IMG/VR virus record: IMGVR_UViG_3300010413_000088
Span: 1 to 37,812 of that record
Source: a virus
Taxonomy: Duplodnaviria; Caudoviricetes
Strand: one strand, 5' to 3'
Length of the DNA: 37,812 nt
The notes under the pieces are model-generated. The model had not been told where the DNA came from, ran no database searches, and was given only the letters and a program-made list of their open reading frames with translations. Position numbers and translations under genes: made by a program. How positions within the stretch are numbered: the stretch's first letter is position 1; every line of letters starts with the position of its first letter. Below, piece after piece: positions 35,802 to 37,812 of the stretch.

Positions 35802-36233
35802 ATGGAGGACGAGAGCGGAACAGTAACACTCACAACGGCAGAACTGAAAGCGCTTATAGCTGAGGCAGCCAAAGAGGCGGCGGACGAGGCAGCCAGTAAA
35901 GCAGTGGCCGAGGCGATAGAACTCACAAGGGCAGAGCTTGAGCTGTTGCGCGAGGAAGCGCTAGAGAACGCAGACCGGGCAGCTCAAGAGGCGGAGCAAA
36001 GAGCGCGAGAGTTGATCGAGACCTCCCCCCTCGTGGAGTTCACGCCGCCGGCGAGCATGAAAGTAACTGTACAGGGGTACAGTCATCAGTTTGTTGCAGG
36101 CCAAACGGAGAAGGTGCGCCAGGTGTTTGTCTATCACTTTTGGGCCAACACGGCAGCGCAGGCGGAGGCCGATCGGATCAAGTCAGCGCTCGCGGAGCAA
36201 TACCGCCAGCGGTTGCGGGAAATAGGGGGGTAA
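35802..36233 (+). CDS. Hypothetical coiled-coil protein (head module)
   Basis: Glu/Ala-rich helix plus a small beta domain; follows the capsid gene. Confidence 0.65.
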   Translation: MEDESGTVTLTTAELKALIAEAAKEAADEAASKAVAEAIELTRAELELLREEALENADRAAQEAEQRARELIETSPLVEFTPPASMKVTVQGYSHQFVAGQTEKVRQVFVYHFWANTAAQAEADRIKSALAEQYRQRLREIGG

Positions 36234-36234
36234 C

Positions 36235-36771
36235 ATGGGAATGTTGAGACCAGAGGAAACGCCGCAAGGGGTAGTGGGAATAACGACCCTGGCGGCTGGG
36301 GCGGTGACCCGGCCGGCGGATACGAACGCTTACACGGCCGGCGATGCGGTAAGCGGGAGTACCACGGCGGGGGTCTGCATCGAGATCCAGGCGGGCCGGA
36401 AGCGGGGCAGCTCAGGGCTGATAACGTCGGTTCAGGTGATTGACAGTGCAAACCAGGCGACCAAGGCGGACTTAGAGCTGTGGCTGTTCACGGCAGGCCT
36501 GGCCACCCACAACGACAATGCCGCGTTCGCACCGACCGACGCCGAGCTAACCGATCGGGTCGGGATCGTGGACCTGGGCAGTACACCAGATGAAGGCCTG
36601 GCCACGGTTGGCGCCGGCGGGAACTGTGCATACCAGGAGACCAATGTTAATATACCGTTTCGGTGTGCTGAGGATGACCGCAATCTGTACGGGGCCCTCG
36701 TGGTGAGAAACGCTTATACCCCGGTCAGTGCCGAGACTTTCACGGTGATCCTGGGGATCCTCCAGGACTAG
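36235..36771 (+). CDS. Putative virion decoration/spike-base protein
   Basis: TRPADTNAYTAGDAV...SGLITSVQV...LELWLF...NLYGALVVRNAYTP...FTVILG; beta-sandwich-like; structural context. Confidence 0.6.
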   Translation: MGMLRPEETPQGVVGITTLAAGAVTRPADTNAYTAGDAVSGSTTAGVCIEIQAGRKRGSSGLITSVQVIDSANQATKADLELWLFTAGLATHNDNAAFAPTDAELTDRVGIVDLGSTPDEGLATVGAGGNCAYQETNVNIPFRCAEDDRNLYGALVVRNAYTPVSAETFTVILGILQD

Positions 36772-36777
36772 GGTCCT

Positions 36778-37200
36778 ATGCCACAACCGCGGATCCGGGT
36801 GTTGCTGGGGGCGCGATACGAAGCGCCGCCACCGGCAGAGCTGAGCCTGAGCGGCGCCGAGGTGGGCGACGTAGACACGATCACCATTGAGGCCCGTTTC
36901 AGTGGGAATGTGAACGCCACAGACTACAAGGCGGGGGTCACGATCCGGGTTAACGCGATCTCACAGACGATCAACACGGCCACACGCCAGGCTGATCACA
37001 CGTTTGTCTACTACGTGATCGCGGCAGCGGCAGACGTGGACGACACGCTAACCTGGGAATATGACGACGACCTGGGAGACTACGAGGACGACGAGGGCGC
37101 GCCTATGGCGGACATAGGGGCCACGAGTGCGACCAATTATGTAGGGAGCCATGCGCGCTTTAACCTGGTCGATGATTCGGCCTGGCTGGGAGCGGTGTGA
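36778..37200 (+). CDS. Ig-like (SwmB-like) virion surface protein
   Basis: LSGAEV...TITIEARFS...GVTIRVNA..QTI.TAT...VYYVIAAA....DTLTWEY. Confidence 0.55.
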   Translation: MPQPRIRVLLGARYEAPPPAELSLSGAEVGDVDTITIEARFSGNVNATDYKAGVTIRVNAISQTINTATRQADHTFVYYVIAAAADVDDTLTWEYDDDLGDYEDDEGAPMADIGATSATNYVGSHARFNLVDDSAWLGAV

Positions 37201-37400
37201 TGGTATTCAGGATCTCGTTTGCACTATGGCACGATCCCCACTGGCGCCCTGCTTTGCGGCGGAGCTGGAAGGCGCGGCGGTACTGGCTGGCGAAACCAGA
37301 GCAGACCAGCGCGCGCGGCCGGGTACTGGCGATCCAGATCGGGGCGTATACGTTCAAGTGGACGTGGGAGAGGGGGCAGAATGGCCAATCTACAGGTTAA
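37197..37400 (+). CDS. Small basic Trp/Arg-rich hypothetical protein
   Basis: GTGATG overlap with the previous stop; fills the gap; composition unlike its neighbours. Confidence 0.4.
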   Translation: MMVFRISFALWHDPHWRPALRRSWKARRYWLAKPEQTSARGRVLAIQIGAYTFKWTWERGQNGQSTG

Positions 37401-37812
37401 GGACGCGGCAGCCAGTACCAAGTATTTAAAGGCGACGGGTGCCGGCAGCGACGTGGATCCCCATGTCGTGGAGCATGAGGCAGTACAGGACACGCCGGAC
37501 GATCTCAACTGTAACGCTAACCTGCAGGTAGCAGACGCAGACGTGGGCAACGGGAACCCGGTACCAGTGAGCGACGCCGGCGGCGCCTTGACCGTTGACG
37601 GTACAGTGACGGCCGACGCGGGGACGGGCCCCTGGCCGGTGACCGATAACGGCGGGAGCCTCACGGTTGACGATGGAGGCGTAGCCCTGGCGGTGGACGC
37701 CACCGGCCAGGGAGATGTACCCGTAACCCTGGCCGGTGAGCAAGTTGACGTATCCGATCGGGCAGCGCGGGACCTGGGCAAGGTAGACATAGCCGCCTTT
37801 GATGTAGCGTTG
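37381..37812 (+). CDS. 5' part of the junction-spanning virion/fibre protein (continues at 110-541)
   Basis: ATG 37381 after GAGAGGGGG; open to the contig end (MANLQVKDAAASTKYLKATGAGSDVDPH...SDAGGALTVDG..TDNGGSLTVDD...AFDVAL). Absent from the ORF track because it has no stop inside the window. Confidence 0.85.
   Translation, partial: MANLQVKDAAASTKYLKATGAGSDVDPHVVEHEAVQDTPDDLNCNANLQVADADVGNGNPVPVSDAGGALTVDGTVTADAGTGPWPVTDNGGSLTVDDGGVALAVDATGQGDVPVTLAGEQVDVSDRAARDLGKVDIAAFDVAL
37704..37812. repeat. Terminal direct repeat, right copy
   Basis: Identical to 1-109. Confidence 0.97.

Noticed and set aside
1-37812. Stop-codon reassignment, diversity-generating retroelement, tRNA or minus-strand genes
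   Set aside because: Genes are full length in the standard code, with TAG, TGA and TAA all used as stops. I saw no reverse transcriptase, TR/VR pair or tRNA cloverleaf. Minus-strand ORFs all overlap well-supported + genes and lack motifs.

Overview
This window is most likely a complete ~37.7 kb tailed-phage genome. Bases 1-109 are identical to 37704-37812, and one ORF reads straight across the join, so the contig is circular or circularly permuted (unit length 37,703 bp). All credible genes lie on the + strand. A sigma70-like promoter at ~11978 starts an early/replication block: an Arc-like RHH regulator, small ORFs, a PD-(D/E)XK nuclease, a DnaA-domain-I replication initiator, an iteron-like origin and a ParB-like protein. 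A near-identical promoter at ~17149 starts a late block: a short leader gene and terminator, then terS, terL, portal, ejection proteins (including a 3442-aa polyvalent protein), scaffold, an N4-gp56-type major capsid protein, fibre/adhesin genes, two glycosyltransferase genes, adaptor and nozzle proteins, and an M23 peptidase. I see no tape-measure, tail-tube, sheath, integrase, DNA polymerase, tRNA or CRISPR, which fits a podovirus-like phage that is lytic or maintained as a plasmid. The host may be a monoderm such as Chloroflexota (inference only). The most interesting items are: (1) a cargo cassette inside the giant ejection protein (ART-like, HhH glycosylase-like, two JAB/RadC and two arm/AP2-like domains, separated by recurring linker motifs); (2) a three-active-site protein-glycosylation module embedded among virion genes; (3) a membrane-anchored Thr/Pro stalk ending in LPETG; and (4) strong motif biases (CTGGAG avoidance, CAGCAG on one strand only, GATC excess). 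All family calls come from motif recognition by eye; no database search was run.
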